Shown here one piece after another: positions 1 through 13,827 of a stretch of DNA of 64,000 nucleotides. The position numbers and the translations under genes were made by a program. Within the stretch, counting starts at the first letter, position 1. Each line of letters begins with the position of its first letter. This DNA is from Prorocentrum cordatum (taxonomy: Eukaryota). The notes below the pieces were generated by a model that searched no databases, was not told the DNA's origin, and was given only the letters and a program-made list of their open reading frames with translations. The stretch is from the NCBI GenBank assembly GCA_963575745.1, contig CAUYUJ010000001.1, positions 2,108,001-2,172,000 of the forward strand, written 5' to 3'.

Positions 1-999
1 GGGTGAGGTGGGAACCACCTCCCGAAGGGGAAGGGGAGGGGTATAAGAACAAGGTCGCCAAGCCCCGTAAACTGGCTGACAGCGATGTAGGTAACGGCGA
101 TGTCGGTCGGTAGTGTGGGGGAACGCGTGGCTCGCGTTTTCCCACAATTCGTTGTGTCGTGTTCGCTCGATTCATTCGCATACTGGAAACGTAGGAAAGT
201 GTGGTTCGTGATTTCCTACAACTTGGTCCCCAGCATCACCGCCAAGCAGCATCGCCATCAGCTCGGCCTTGGAAGCCACCTGCGCCCCCAAGGGCTGGTG
301 GGATTATGATCGGTGCACAGCGAAGGGGCCTACCAGAACTCGCAACTCGCCGTATTCAAGCGGTGTTGACCCAGACATGCGACGTCCTGATTTTTTCAGG
401 ACGGGGTCCCTCTAAGTCCCGACCGGCTCCCCGGGACTGGTTTTTCAGTCTGCGTTGTTTTTTTGACGGTCCCGAGGCCCGGCGAGGGCCTCCTGAGGCC
501 GAAATTGGCAAAAAACTTGCCGTCCTGATTTTTTCACGACGCGATCATGTCTGGGGCCATATCCTCGGAGATCTGGGGAGCTATGGCCCCCCAGCCGGGT
601 GCGCACGCGAGCTCCGCCAGCAGCCGGCCGGGGAGGCTCTGGCCGCCGCGCCCCAGCAGGCGATGGGCTGCAACGGGAGCAGCCACGCCGAGGCTTCGCG
701 GCGCCTCCGCCCCGCAGCGTGACCGTCCCAGCGGCCCCGTCGGAGGAGGAGGAGGAGGAGGAGGAGGGGGAGGAGGAGGGAGGAGAGGGAGGAGGAGGAG
801 GAGGAGGAGGAGGAGGAGGAGAAGAAGGCGGAGGAGGAGGAGGGGGAGGATGAGTGCAAGACCCCAAGACCCATCAACGATGTTGCAATACACCCTCCCC
901 CAAGTTCTTCATAGGTCCCTCCAAGGATGATCTATTTTCACCGCGGGAAGTGCACCGTTGGAAGACAACCGCCTGAAAACGTCCCGGCACGCCAAAGCA

Positions 1000-1990
1000 C
1001 CACTTCTGAGACGTCAACGCCGCGAATCAACGTGATTGTTACGTGCTGGCGATCCTGAAACGCGTCAGACCACCAGTCCTGGGGCTTCAACGCCGCGGAT
1101 CAACTTGACTGTCGCGCCCCGACAATCGCAATTCGTGCCCAAACACCGTTTCTGGGACATCAGCCATAATAATATTTGAACGTGCTGTAAGCTGTTAAGA
1201 AGAATGTGTGTAGTGCTGAGGCGAGAGCCACATTTTGGAAACGAGCCGCCCTCCATCCGTGAAGCTCGTGCGACATTTGTTTGACGAATGTGAGCGGTGT
1301 CAAGGGGAGAGACAAATTTTGAAAACGACCCGCCCTCCATGCGTGAAGCTCTTGTGAGCTTTTGAATCGAATGTGCGCGACGCTAAGGCGAGAACCACAC
1401 TTTGAAAACCACCCGCCCTCCATCTGCGAGGAGGAGGAGTGGGATGTGGAGGAGGAGCGGGGCAGGAAGAGTAGGAGGAGGAGGAGGGCCAGTGCAAACC
1501 CAAGACCCACTTGGAATGCACCATCAATCCAAGCTCCATCTTCATAGGCCACTACAACGGCTCGTTTCCACTAAGGGATTTGTCCCGTAGGGGGACAATC
1601 GTGCGAAAATCCTGGAGCGTGCCAAAACACCGTTCAACGCCACGAGTGAACCTGATTGGCACGTCTTGGCGATCATGAGTCGTGCCAGAACACCATTCTT
1701 AGGACATCAACACTGCAGATCAGCGAAACGATTGCGCCCTGACAATCCAGAATCGTTCCAGAACGTTGTTTCTGGTACGTTATCCATGAGAATATGTCAA
1801 ACTCCTGCGACTTGTTAAAACGAATGTGCGCAGCGCGAAGGCGAGAGCCACGTTTCGAAGACGAGCCGCTCTCAATCCGTGGAATTCTTGCAAATGTTTA
1901 AAACGAATGTGCGCGGCTCTAAGGCGAGAGCCACATTTTGGAAGCGACCCGCCCTCCATCTGTGAAGCTGCTGCAACTTCTGAGCTGCAG
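1000..1990. repeat. Degenerate tandem/dispersed repeat (~85-90 bp unit, CGAATGTGCGC..AAGGCGAGAGCCACATTTTGGAA..CCGCCCTCCATC)
   Basis: Unit recurs at ~1200, 1285, 1368, 1820 and 1903; boundaries approximate. Confidence 0.7.
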
Positions 1991-2640
1991 GATCACGACT
2001 GGTGAGGAAGTCTCAAGCGACGCTGGCGGAGGCGGAGGCGGAGGCGGCGGCGGAGGAGGAGGAGGAGGAGGAGGGCGAAACGCCCGGTCCGCCCTTTCGA
2101 CCGGCATCGGGGTGCGACAGGGAGGAGTTATTCTTAAGGGAAAAGCATGCAGGGAGAAGGGGCGCTGGCAGCGATGGGCATGCAGGAAGAACAGGGCGCC
2201 AGCAGCGCCGGGCGCGCCGCCTGCTCTCGGTGGCGCGCCCCTCCCGCTCGGAAGCCCCGATCTCCGGCGACACGATGTTTCAAGCCAGCAGCTTCTCCTC
2301 GGTCAGGAGGGGGCGGGGAGGAGGGGGAGGAGGAGGAGGAGGAGGAGGAGGAGGAGGAGGAGGAGGAGGAGGAGGAGGAGGAGGAGGAGGAGGAGGAGGA
2401 AGAAACCAGTGATCGGGCCCCAGGACCACCAAACCTGGATCTGGGGCGAAAGACTGGCCCCATGGAGTGGGTCGGGACCGCTGGTGCCGCACGTGGATAA
2501 ATCAGATCGGCGGGCGTCCGGGGCCTCCGCTGGGGTCGGCTGCGGCGTGCCTCGGAAGCCGACAGGCCAGCGCCTCGATCCTGATGGCTGCGCGCGGCAG
2601 CGGTTTGCATCCTGATGCTTTTGGCGTTCGGGTCGACGTT

Positions 2641-2817
2641 TCGAGTAGGTGATCGACTACAGAATAGATTTACCCCAAAGTTGATACCCCCGCAGAATCT
2701 AGGACACATGCTTAGAATGTCACGCAGATCTACAAACATTCTGCGCGTTTCTTCTAAAACATCGGCGGGAGAATCAATCTGGGAGAGAATTCATTATGTA
2801 GTCGATCCCCGATTCGA
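2641..2817. mobile_element. MITE with TCGA...TCGA termini and 5-bp TSD
   Basis: Subterminal IR GATCGACTACA/TGTAGTCGATC; ACGTT on both sides (2636-2640, 2818-2822). Confidence 0.75.
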
Positions 2818-3044
2818 ACGTTGGCCATTCCCCAGGATCCCGCGCAAGCCCTGTCCAGTCCTGGGCGGGCCACCTGCGGATTCCAGAGGCTCGTCTCGGC
2901 TCCCCCCTGCTCCTCTGGGGTTGGATGGCAGCCGCGCCTCTTCTGCGGCTGTCCTCCTCGAGTCCGCACGTTGCTCGGAGGGCGTTCGCTGGGGCCACGG
3001 GAGGGTTGTTTCCGGGAGGTCCCTCCCCTCGAGGAGGAAACAGC

Positions 3045-3515
3045 GACAGATCGGCGATAGGCCCCCCCATAGTGAATCTGCACCTTCCTGTGCAAGTTGG
3101 GGCTATCGGGCCCTTCTCAGCGATCAATGGATGTTTGGGGGTCGATGCATCCTCCCCTATGCCTATCCTCCCCTATCGTTGCCCCTGAGAAGAGCCAGGG
3201 GATAGAGGAACAAAACACGTCATGAACATCAACTGTTGGTACTCCGCGCGGATTTCTTGGATCTGCGGTCCGCGACTGCTTTCTTGGAATCCAAGACAAG
3301 AAACCCGCGCGGAGCGCCAAGAGCTTATGTTCATGCCGTCTTTTGTTCCTCTATATTTTGGCTCCTCTCGGGGGCAACGATAGGGGGGGAAAGGCATGGG
3401 GGGGATGCATCGACCCCCAATCGCCCAGTGATCGCCGAGTGGGGCACGATGGCCCCGCCCCAACTTGCACAGGAAAGTGCGGATTCACTATGGGGGGCCT
3501 ATCGCCGATCTATCG
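3045..3515. repeat. ~470-bp imperfect palindrome (foldback); core related to the GH92 intron elements
   Basis: Arms GATCGGCGATAGGCCCCCCCATAGTGAATC... / ...GATTCACTATGGGGGGCCTATCGCCGATC. Core CATGAACAT..CCGCGCGGATTTCTTGGATC resembles ~37599-37640 and ~44190-44210. Confidence 0.8.
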
Positions 3516-5164
3516 GCGATGCGTCGCCGATTCCAGGCCGAAGCACCATCCCCAGATGCCAGTCCCCCCCTATCGTGGCTTCAAGGGCTCCCCCGAGGGC
3601 GCGAAGTTATTCGCGCTTCGCGCTTCGCGGTCCTCGTTTCTCCTCCCCCTCCTCCTCGTCCTCCTCTTCTTTCCCTTGGGGGGCGGCGCGAGAGCGCGAA
3701 GTTATTCGCGCTTCGCGCTTCGCGCAGCGCGAAGCGCGAACTTAGGAGCCCTTGGTCCCCCCCTATCGTGGCTTCTCATTCTCGGAGGCCGAGTGGCACC
3801 GCAGGGTCTTGGACAGGGACCACGTGGCAGAGGGCTCCCCCCCCCCAGACCTCGCAGAGAGCTCGACGGCGGAGAGAGCGGGCACCGCGCGACGCAGTGG
3901 AGGACCTGGACCTTGGGCCTCGAAGGACCAGGAGGACTTGGCATCGCTCGGACGGGTGCGCTCTTCCCTCGGCGAGGACCATCGAGGAGCATCCTGGACC
4001 ACCGAGCGGAGAAACAGAAACACGCGCGAAGTCGAACAATGCACGGGGAGTGGACGTCCGAGCGATGGCGAGAGGAGGACCCGCGAGCCTGGGCCATGGA
4101 CAGGGGCCCTCCTCTCGGACAGCCCGAGGCATCGTCCAACCTCTCCCCATCACCGGCGGGCCAGGGCATCCTCGGCGCTGCCGGCCTGCCCCACCGAGGC
4201 GGGGATGGGCGCCGCGAAGCCCGACGGGGACGGCGCCTATCCCCACCTATGGGGGGTAGGTCGGGCAGCGGGGCCAAGGCTTTTGATGGACGGTTGGCGA
4301 CGGACTCGGACCAGCGGACTGCTCTTCCCTCTGCCATTGCTACGACGGCCACTGTGGAACTTGTGCAACGTGCACCCGTGTTCATGGAGTGCCCGTACAC
4401 AGATAGTAGTTTGCAAGGATCTACGTTTGATGTGTGCACAGCTGGGGCGTCAAGTCAGAATACGGACATGCATAACACAACGGTGGTGCCATGGACTTTC
4501 GAAAGTTCTGGAACAGCTTAATTAGGGCCATCAAATATTGACCGAGACTGTGCCCAACGTTCTGTGATGGCAAGATGTGTTATCGTATGCGTTCGCTGCA
4601 CAGGGAGTGACGATTAGCGGCAGCCTGGAACCTGTATCATCTGCCAAATTGGTTGGTACCTCTAAGCGCGGCATGGCGCAGCAGGGGAATGGGCGTAAAG
4701 CAACACAAGCAACAACAGCAGCAGCAGCAAGGATACAAGCACTGAGAAACAGCGGGCCCAGGACGTTCCAAGCGAGAATGGGGACGAGTCCGACGATGAC
4801 GAGAAGCCCACCCAGTGGGCGTATAGCTCGGTGGCCGGTGGGATCATTGCCGCAATTCTGTTGCATGCGTGCCGTCGCAGGCACTTGTCCGAGGAGTGCC
4901 CCGGCGAGAGCGCGACCCGCCCCTTGCACCAAGACGCTGACGCCGAGAAGTGCCCCCCCCCCCGCCCGCCGCCCGCAGGCCCCGGCACAGCCGCACGCCC
5001 CCGCGCAGCAGAAGCCTGCGAGGCGCGACCCCGCCGCCACGGCCCGCCGCGCTGCCGCGGGCCGCGCTCCTCGGGAAACGGCGCGGCGCGCTGCTCTCGC
5101 ATGCCCCCGGGCTCGCCCGCGCCCCTCCTCGGCCACGCGTGAGAGCTCGGAGGAGGGAGAGGTA

Positions 5165-5352
5165 CGGTAGGTTTGCGTCGTGTCGACCAGCGGCGACCCC
5201 AGCGCGGGCGTTCAAGGTTGAACGCCGTCGGCGACCCAGAATCGATCGATGTTGAACGATCGGACGTTGCGGCAGCGGCCGATCGTTCAAGGTTGAACGA
5301 TCCCTGCGGTGTCAAAAACCAATGCTGGGGTCTGCACGACACGAACCTGCCG
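5165..5352. mobile_element. 188-bp Tc1/mariner-type MITE, copy 1
   Basis: Imperfect ~24-bp TIR (CGGTAGGTTTGCGTCGTG / CACGACACGAACCTGCCG), TA on both sides; same-length copies at 28146 and 40029. Confidence 0.85.
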
Positions 5353-5678
5353 TACCGATGCCGCTACCCTTGCCTCGTTTTCGCCTCGGTGGGCCTCTTG
5401 GAAGGCTCTCGTCGCCACGGCCGCGTCCGCCTCGGCATGCTGGTCAGAGCGCAGCTTGGGAGAGGTCTCGGGGAGTAGCGGCATCGGTCCCTATTGGCTT
5501 CCCCGTCTCTCGGCTACACGACGTGAGAGTGGCCTTCCGATGGCGACGTGCGTTTGTCAATCAGGAAGTTGGTTCTTCGATTGCGACCTTTGGGGCTGGT
5601 CATCGGGCCGCGGAGCCACCAAACATGAATCTGCGGCGAAAATTCAAATGAACCCCAGGGACGGCGTCGAGGCTTCTG

Positions 5679-5884
5679 TCGGGGGAGCGTAAGACCCGGG
5701 TTTGCCGGGACTCGGGTTCGCCATCGTTTTTTGACGACCGCGACTCGGATTTTGACGAGGAGGAGTTTCGTGGGATGTCTGCAGCGGGAGGCCTCGTCAA
5801 AATGCAGGCTCGGCCTCGTCATTTTTTTGACGACCTCGTCGGGGATTTCCGAGTCCCCCGTACCCGGGTCTTACGTCTCCCCGA
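5679..5884. mobile_element. MITE with TCGG...CCGA termini
   Basis: TIR TCGGGGGAGCGTAAGACCCGGG / CCCGGGTCTTACGTCTCCCCGA; flanks TTCTG/TTCTT. Confidence 0.75.
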
Positions 5885-7878
5885 TTCTTGGGCCGCGCAG
5901 GGAACGAATCACACCGTCAGATGCCTGGAAGCGCGGTGAGAGTGGCCCCTCGCTGGAGTGACCTTTGGTGCGGGCCGCCGGCTGGGGCACCCCGATCGCC
6001 GAGTGCGGCGCGAAGGCGGTGGCTGGCCCCTCCTGCCCCCCTCCTCCTCCTCCCCCTCCTCCTCCTCCTCCTCCTCCTCCTCCTCCTCCTCCTCCTTCTC
6101 CACCTCCCCCTCTCCCGCGGAGGAGGAGGAGGAGGAGGAGGAGGAGGGGAGACCGCGCACCACGGGTCACTTTTGCCCAGGGTCACTCCTGCGTGACGCC
6201 CGCTCTCGGAGGAGGACACCGTGCCGCTGCCCATCCCTCGTCGCCTCGGCTGCGTTCGCCCCGTGGCCCTGGGCGCCAAACTCTCTGCGACCCCCGACAC
6301 GATCGACGCCGAGTCGATTCGGAGTCGACTCGGACCCCGACTCGACTCCGATGCGATCCCGTGTCGCATCCCACAAGTGTCGCTGCCCGTCGCTGCAGAG
6401 CGCGACCTGGCGGTTCTCGGTTCTTTCCTTCTCCTGTCGCTCTTCAGGCGTGGGTCGCCAAGGCCGCCAGCAGACCCGGGGGCGCAAACGCCTCTCCGAA
6501 CCCCGTGGCGCCTCGGTCGGTCGGCCGCAGCAGCGCGCGGCGGGTCGGTGGAGCGGGCGGAGGGGGGCGGGGCGTTTCTCGGCGGCGAACGGCATATTCG
6601 AACAAGATGCATAGAACGAGGAGGGCAAGGGGGTGGGATCGGAGGAGATGGCGTGGAAGGAGGAGGAGGAGAAGGAGAAGGAAAAGAAGGAGGACGAGGA
6701 GGAGGAGCAGGAGCAGGAGCAGGAGGATGGGAATCTGAGAGAGCACTGGCGGCACCAGGAGGAAGAGCCACCGAGAGAGAAAGACGGCGACGATGCCGAA
6801 CGAGGCTTGAGCGACGACATCCCCCTTGTGCGCTTGGCCTTGTCAGGAGTGCAACGTCAGAGATGACTTGCACGTTTCCGTTCGCGTGCTCCCCAGGATC
6901 GCGGCCGCCGTCGCCGTTGAGGGCGTTGCGCCTGGCGGGGCTCCCGCGCGTCGCTGCTGAGCGCGGCGGAGGCGTGGTCGCTTCCTTCGGCCTGGCCGAC
7001 TTCGCGGCGTAGTCGCGCCCAGCGCCGTGCCTCGCGGCACTCGTCTTCGCGCTCTTGTTGGCCGCGCCGTGGCTCTGGGGAGGTGGGCGGGCCATGGCCT
7101 CTGGTTTGGGCATGTTGCTTCCGCGCGCGGCGCGGCGTGAGGAACGCGCCCGAGCTTTTATCCCTTCTCACTTGTGTCGGTTGTCTCGACGCATGTCCTC
7201 TGCTGGTGCCTCCTGCCGCTTCTTGCGATTCCTTTGCCTTCGCTTCGTCCGCGCCCGCTGCCGCCGCGCCGCCCCCTTTGCGCCCCACCTCGCTCCGCGT
7301 GGGCCCTGAGGGCGGGGGCAATTGGGGGATTGGGGAGCGTTTGGCCAGAGAGCTGGATTCGGATTCAAGAGGCCCGAAGGAGGTTCGGCATGGCAGACAA
7401 AATCAAACAATAATGGGTGCGCGTTCGGGCTTTCATTCCCAACCATCCTGTGGTGTTGGGGCCTCGGTTTGAAAGGACAGCGCCTCGCGTCCCACCTCTC
7501 CTCCTCTCCTCCTCCTCCTCCTCCTCCTCCTCCTCCCCCCTCCTCCTCCTCCTCCTACTCTTTTCTCCTCCTCCCTCCTCCTCCTCCTCCTCCTCCTCCT
7601 CCTCCTCCTCCTCCTCCAGCTTCGGATCGTGAGGAGGAGGAGCCCCCCTGGGTGCCTGCATTGCAAGCGGGGGCGCCCCCCCCCCCCATCGCGCGCTGGG
7701 ACCAGCGCCCACGGCGCTGCCGCGGGAGGCGGAGGCGCACCACAGGGCGCACTCGCGCCGCGCGGAGGACCGCGCCCTCCTCCGCGCCTGGCCAGGCAGA
7801 TCATCGCCCGAGCTGCAGGAGCGCCTGTGGCGCGCGGCGCGGCGGCTCCAGGAGCACCACGGCTCGTCGCCAGGCAGG

Positions 7879-8349
7879 ATGGCGCCTGGGCCGCCCGAGG
7901 TGCGCGTGCTGCGGGGCCCCAAGATGCCGTTCTGGGGCTTCTCGTGCGGCAAGGACAACCATTGGGCATCGCGCGTCACGTGTTCATGCGGGAGGTCGGC
8001 ACCGCGGCGCGTGGTCGATGCTGCCAAGCTGGCGGATCAGGACCGTCGTGCCGAAGGGGGAGCCCGTCCTCCTGCACGAGCAGGTGCTGCCGGCTCAGGA
8101 AAGCTGCTGCGGAAGCCGGCCCCGTGATCCAAGGACTATAACGGCGGGCTGGAGGAGCAGCTGCGGGCGCTCACGAATCAGATTGCCAGCCTCACGCAGC
8201 GCCTTTCGACGACGGCTCCTGGTGGCCCAGCGGCAGGAGGCGGCGGCAGCATCAGGAAGGAGCACGGTGATGGCGACACGAACGCGTTCCACCAGAAGAC
8301 GGCGCTGCAGGAGAATATCAACTACCATGAGAAGGCCCTCAAGGAGTGC
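7879..8349 (+). pseudogene. Decayed ORF with RanBP2-like Zn-finger remnant, probably ORF1 of a second non-LTR element; truncated by the gap
   Basis: PFWGFSCGKDNHWASRVTCSCG followed by charged low-complexity sequence; frameshifted. Confidence 0.4.
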
Positions 8350-8449
8350 NNNNNNNNNNNNNNNNNNNNNNNNNNNNNNNNNNNNNNNNNNNNNNNNNNN
8401 NNNNNNNNNNNNNNNNNNNNNNNNNNNNNNNNNNNNNNNNNNNNNNNNN
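8350..8449. other. Assembly gap (100 N)
   Basis: Run of N. Confidence 1.
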
Positions 8450-8667
8450 GGAGGAGGAGGAGGAGGAGGAAGAGGAGGAGGAGGAGGGGGAGGGGTGTGT
8501 GAGTGAGTCCATCACTAAGTGATAAGTCTAAACTGATGACAAAGCGGTGGCGGCGGCGGCGGCGGCGGCGGGGGGCCTGGCCTTGTGGAAGTCGCGGCAG
8601 GCGTCCGCGCTCACGCGCTCGACGCTCCACCTCCTCCTCACGGCCTCCCCGCACGCGGCACACCACC

Positions 8668-11600
8668 TCACACCAGGCCTCGTTGGGCCTTTTCCCGCTT
8701 GGACAACACCTTGGGCCACTTGTTGAGCCCGATGTTTCTTAAATATTCTTTACGGTTGGCAGTAATCTTATCAGGCTGGCACGGCTTCCCTAAATTGGCT
8801 CGGCGTTTCGATACGTAGAACCCGCAGCATATACAAAACCAAACTCCTAATGTAGTATGGTACCGCATCTGGTGCGAGGAATCTACCCACCCCCCAGCCA
8901 TATGAAGACGAGCCCCCTTTGTGAGAGATTTATACACGCCCCCTAAAGACTTTAATTCACAGCACTCGCTCTGGCGCCAGGTCAGGATCTCACTGTCGGC
9001 TGCCGTGCTATGGCAGCGCAAGCATTTTTCCCCGCAATCTGACAGCTGGTGCTGAGCGCTGAAAAAGGACAGCTGCTTTGCACTCGGGGGAGGCAGGTGT
9101 CTTGGCTCACCATCTTTTTTCTTCCTCGGACGCTCAGGGCATATCTCTTTTTCCTTGGCCAGTGCATCAAGGGTGGCCCGCAACATACGATGTCGAATGA
9201 AAAAGGCCTTTTTTCCACCACAGCAATCTTGGCACGGACCTCCGCGGGCACACGCACTGCTTCCGCTGCTATCTCGGCTACCTTATCTGCTGCTGCGTTG
9301 CCAACGATCAGCCATTCTGGGAACTTTTTTTCATACACTGCAGTGCCGTCCAAGTGTGAATTCACAAACAATACAGAAATCTGGGACTCGCAGCGGCTTG
9401 TTAACTCGATATGCTCATTGATCTTACTCCAAAGGTCAGCATCTGGCCCGTCTGGGCTCCTCCACTTTCTGTCGTACCAGCCTGTGACAACCGAAAAATT
9501 GTCTGCTATGTACAGCAACTCTCCTGATGTGACCTCGAGCGCCTTCAGGAAAGCTCTCAACTCGCCACGGGCAACAGTTTGTCTTGGCCCAACTAGGCCT
9601 CCGTGGATGGTTCCAAGAAGCTGCAGCTCGGGTTCATTACGATTGGGGTATCGGGCAACTGCAAGACCTACTCCAACTCGGCGGAGCTTGGTGCTTTTGC
9701 TGTCTTCTCCTCCGCTCGCGTCACCGAACACGACTGCTGGCACCTGGCGATTTCCTACTGCAACGACTCCAGTCAGATCAGCCTCCAGATCACCTCCTAC
9801 ACTCCACTCCTCAACTTGTGCTGGTGGGGGGGGCAGAGGTCCAAGGGGCGGGTATGATTCCTCGCAACCAGAAGCACTCCGCTGACTCCCACTGGGAGTA
9901 CGCTTCACTTACATATTCATCCGATAAGGCATATACTTTGTTTTCTTTGTTTTGTTCGCATCCCCATATTCTATGAAACGGTGTTTCCACAGCTTGACCA
10001 CAGCGAGGGCATTTATTACATATTTGAACATTCTTGGCCCACTGGGCCCTGCGTGCTCTTGGCCACGTTCCTCCAGTCGCTATTGATACCATCAATTCTG
10101 AAAGTCTATGTCCATTTGGAATATCACGCAATTGTTTAACGAGCTGGGTATAAGACTCCATGTCCGCTCCGTTTTCTAAACCACTTCCACAAAAATGTCC
10201 ACTAGCCTTTTTCCAATACATGTTTTGGCGATCCTCCGTGAATTCCGATAGAATGTATTCAGCTGTGTTTACTCCCGTCCACTTGGTGAATGCTTCTTTT
10301 GGGAAATTCCACTCGGCCACTTCCCCATGGATTGTCTGAGGCCGCTCCCATGACTCGGCATTTGTGGGGGTCCACCCCGTGTCGAGCAGGTACGAAATAA
10401 CTGCTGTCATCGGCCCCCTTATATTCCTCGAGCGAAGGTTTGCTGGCATATCCGAAAACTTTTTGACTTGAGCGCCCCAAACCTGTCTGATCGCTGGTTG
10501 GAGGTGCTTCCCCTCATGGGCCCACATACGGAACCACAACTGCAAACAATCCGTTGGCATCTTTACTCCAGGGTCAGCACCAGGGCATTTCAGAGCGAGT
10601 AAGCTGGCTAAGCAGCGACCCGGTGTGGGCGCCGCGCTGATAGCTCCCAATCTTTGCCTGAAAACCTGAAGATTCTTGCCGAATGCCCCGTGCAGCTGGT
10701 GGCCATATGAGCCTGCTGCATACGCGCCCTGTCTTTCCAACCTTTGCATCACTTTATACTTTCTTGAAGCATGCGCGAACTTCTTTATTTTTTGATGCAT
10801 TAAGTTGGCTTTGCCCATTCTTTGTGTTCTTACATTCCTTGCCAAACGTTTTCCACCTCCCAAGTCTGTGCCTAAGTACGCCATCTGCGACTGTGCCACC
10901 ATTGGGAAACCTGCTTGCCTAACCTTTTTTGCGATGTACCTGGCGTCTTCAAGCTTTGTACACAACACTGCACTCTTGCATGCAATCGTCAGTTTCTGCT
11001 TTTGGAGGCCTTGGCACGTTGCTATTAAAACATCTGTTAGTTCTTTGCGTATCATTTTTCTCGACCCCTTTGTACTCTGACTCAAGTCATCAATCCAGAT
11101 CCGATGGGAAAAGTTTGGATGTGCACACGTGATTGTTTGAAGTACAAAATACACAAGGGCCCTCGCGAACCTCGTACCTGACCTCAGCCCTTGGATTATT
11201 GAAAGAGTTGGCATGATGGGTGTAGCAACCGACCCTGACTGCCTCAGAAGAGGCGGGGCTGTACATTGAAGCAATTCTAAGTACAAGACTCGAGGAGGAT
11301 ACCCGAGCTTAAGTGCACAATAGATCAACTTGTCCCATACGATTGTGTCGTAAAATCCTTTTATATCTGTGAGTCCATTCCCAATATTCACTTCTAAGTG
11401 GCCTGCCAGTTCTTCGTCCAGCACTCTCACGAAAGCCTCTCTTAAGGCTGCATGTCCCTCTACTGCCGCGTCCCACTCTGGTGATGTGGCTCTTGACCAC
11501 TCTGACACTAACGGGTCGCGTGCTTGAGACCAGATGCGACATGTCATGGCCATGAGCCCAATGACTCTGTCGCCGTCTCCTCGATGTTTGGGCTGCATAT

Positions 11601-13815
11601 GTCCGATCACCAGTTGCGTCTGACACGGCCATGTCAATGTGTGCTCTATCAACTCATACAATTCACTCAGACTTTGCAGGGCTGTGTCAGGCTGCCTTTC
11701 CACATCTGTCGGTGATAGCCTGTCCACCCCTTGTCCAATATTCGGCCTCATTTTTTTTGTTGCTCTTCTGATTTCATCTGGCTCCAATGGCAAAAGGGGG
11801 TCCGCTTGGGCTTCCTGACGCGCATGTGCAAACGCTGCATCTAGCTCTTCCAGGCTTTCCAACTTTGGACTCCACAACTTTTCCCACTTTGGTAACTTTG
11901 CATCCAGGATAACTTTCGGCGACGTGTGCATTTCTCCTTTCTCATCCTGAAACTCCTGCTTGACCAGTGGCGCATCCTTTATTGAACGATGTAGGGCTCC
12001 CAAGGCTTGAGGCGATTCCACCCACTCTTTGAACTTTTCCAGTGATTTGAACAACGCTCTGCCTTGAGATCTTTTTGCCACTTTGGTAACCAATTTTACA
12101 ATCTTTGTTAACGTGCCGTCACTTTGCTCATCAATCGTTCTTCTGATTCGCTGGATGCTGCTGAACGTTGGCTCCAGTCGTGTAAGAACCTCCGACGCTT
12201 TTTGAGGTGCACTGTTAACCAATTCTTTACATGCTGCCAAATACATTTCTGTCTGTTGCTTCCCATTTTGCCTTTCTCGGTGTCGGCCCAAATTCTCAAG
12301 AATTGTCGCCATCCGAGTCCACCAATTTGCTACTTCATCATATAGGGGTTGAGTGCCACCCATCTGCGATTGCTGAACTGTCCCTGTATGGAAACTGGCC
12401 GAACTCGTCCGAGATGGGCCAGGCGGTAACTGACATGCGTGATGTGTGCAGATACTTTCCTCCAGCGTTGCGATCCATGTCGCATACGCGCTCGAAACTG
12501 CACTCAAATGGCTAGAGCCAAAACGGTTACAGAGAGAGTCCAGGAAGTGGGGAGAGGGGGGGCAACTGCTGGCATGGATATAGCCAACCCGCGACCTGCT
12601 CTCCCTCCAGGTGACCTCGGGGATCCAGAACGTGGGGCTCTCTCCTTGGGGCTCGTCGTGGCTGTTTAAACGAGGCGGCGGAGCAAAGCACACACAACTG
12701 GGATCCGAGGGGGCCGTGTCCTGTGAGAGCCAATCGCGCTCAGGCCACTCCTCGAGATTATCTTCAACCTCGAATTCAAAATGACCATCTTCCTCACCCT
12801 CGGCAGGAGCACTTCTTAGTTGCTCAGCTGGAGGGCTCGGGTCTAAAGCATCGTGAAACATCTCTTTATAAGCTTCTATACGCTTCTCCCTAGCAAGCGA
12901 TTGTTTAATTTTGCGAGCATTCCTAGCAAGAGACGATTTGGATCCCTCCGTGGCCTCTTTGGTCGGACGGGGCTCCTGGGGCAACCTACCTGGCAGCTTT
13001 AACACGCGGGTCTCAAGACTAGTTCCCTCAGACAGGATCTCAACCGAGAGGCCGATATGGGGCTTCCAGGGCACACTGACCACAGGAGCTATGCTCTTAA
13101 TGAGGGGTCGGGCGGAGACCGAGCAGACGATATAGTCAAGATGCGAGCCGTTTTTCCCTGGCGAGCACGTCACCTCAACGGGCGCCTGCACAACTGCTCC
13201 TCCCACAGCATCAAGAAAACCTGATTTCATCAAAGTCTGAGGTGATACGTTGAAGTCACCCGCGACCGCCCACGGCACTTTCAACGAAGTGAGCAGGGCA
13301 CCCAAATGATGATATCTCGCGATGTTTTTTCCTGTCATCCCTATCGATGGATGACCATAGAACATGATTAGCGCCATTGCAATTCCCTGGAACTGAAAGA
13401 GTGTAGGACAGAAGCCGTCCCAACAAGCCTGACCTTTGGCCTGACTTGACTTCATACACTCTGGTCCCAGCAACGGCTTGATTTGTAAATGACCTTTTGA
13501 TAAGATCCACTCTCCCCATTCATTCGACTTAGCTGCTCTGGCAGCCGAAACATGCTTGTGAGTCTGTCTCGCTTTGTTGGCTAGCAATCTCAACTTCTGT
13601 TTACGAGCACGAATGTCCCATTTTTTTATTTGAGCGGCAGCCACATGTGTTTCAACAAACCCAATGTATTCGTAGCTATCAAGCTTTGTCTCCACATATC
13701 TCCAGCACTTGTCCCCCATTGCCGTGATATTCGCAAAGAAAAAATTGCTCACCCCATTGTTAGTACTTGTGCTAACTCCTGCCTCCGAGTTGCCCATCTC
13801 AGAGGCTCCTTTCAC
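8668..13815 (-). CDS. LINE ORF2: AP endonuclease, reverse transcriptase, RNase H, Cys-rich tail; frameshifts near 9850 and 9190
   Basis: APE: GFVETH, AGDFN, HLDY, WKPH. RT: GVDRL, DRVIGL, DIKGFYD, IIQG, WIDD, YLG. Zn motif CPRCG..ETPFHRIWGC. RNase H (8982-9908 frame): FGDASGG, QTVARGELRA, ADN, VNSH, GNAAAD. Tail: CLRC..WFCICCG..KPC. Confidence 0.9.
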
Positions 13816-13827
13816 GTCGGAACCTAG

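Noticed and set aside
4500..4570. VGHSLG lipase-like motif on the minus strand
   Set aside because: In-frame stop 8 codons upstream and no other hydrolase motifs; probably chance.
445..7500. Numerous Arg/Pro/Gly/poly-residue ORFs
   Set aside because: Products of (GGA)n microsatellites and high GC content; no domains recognised.
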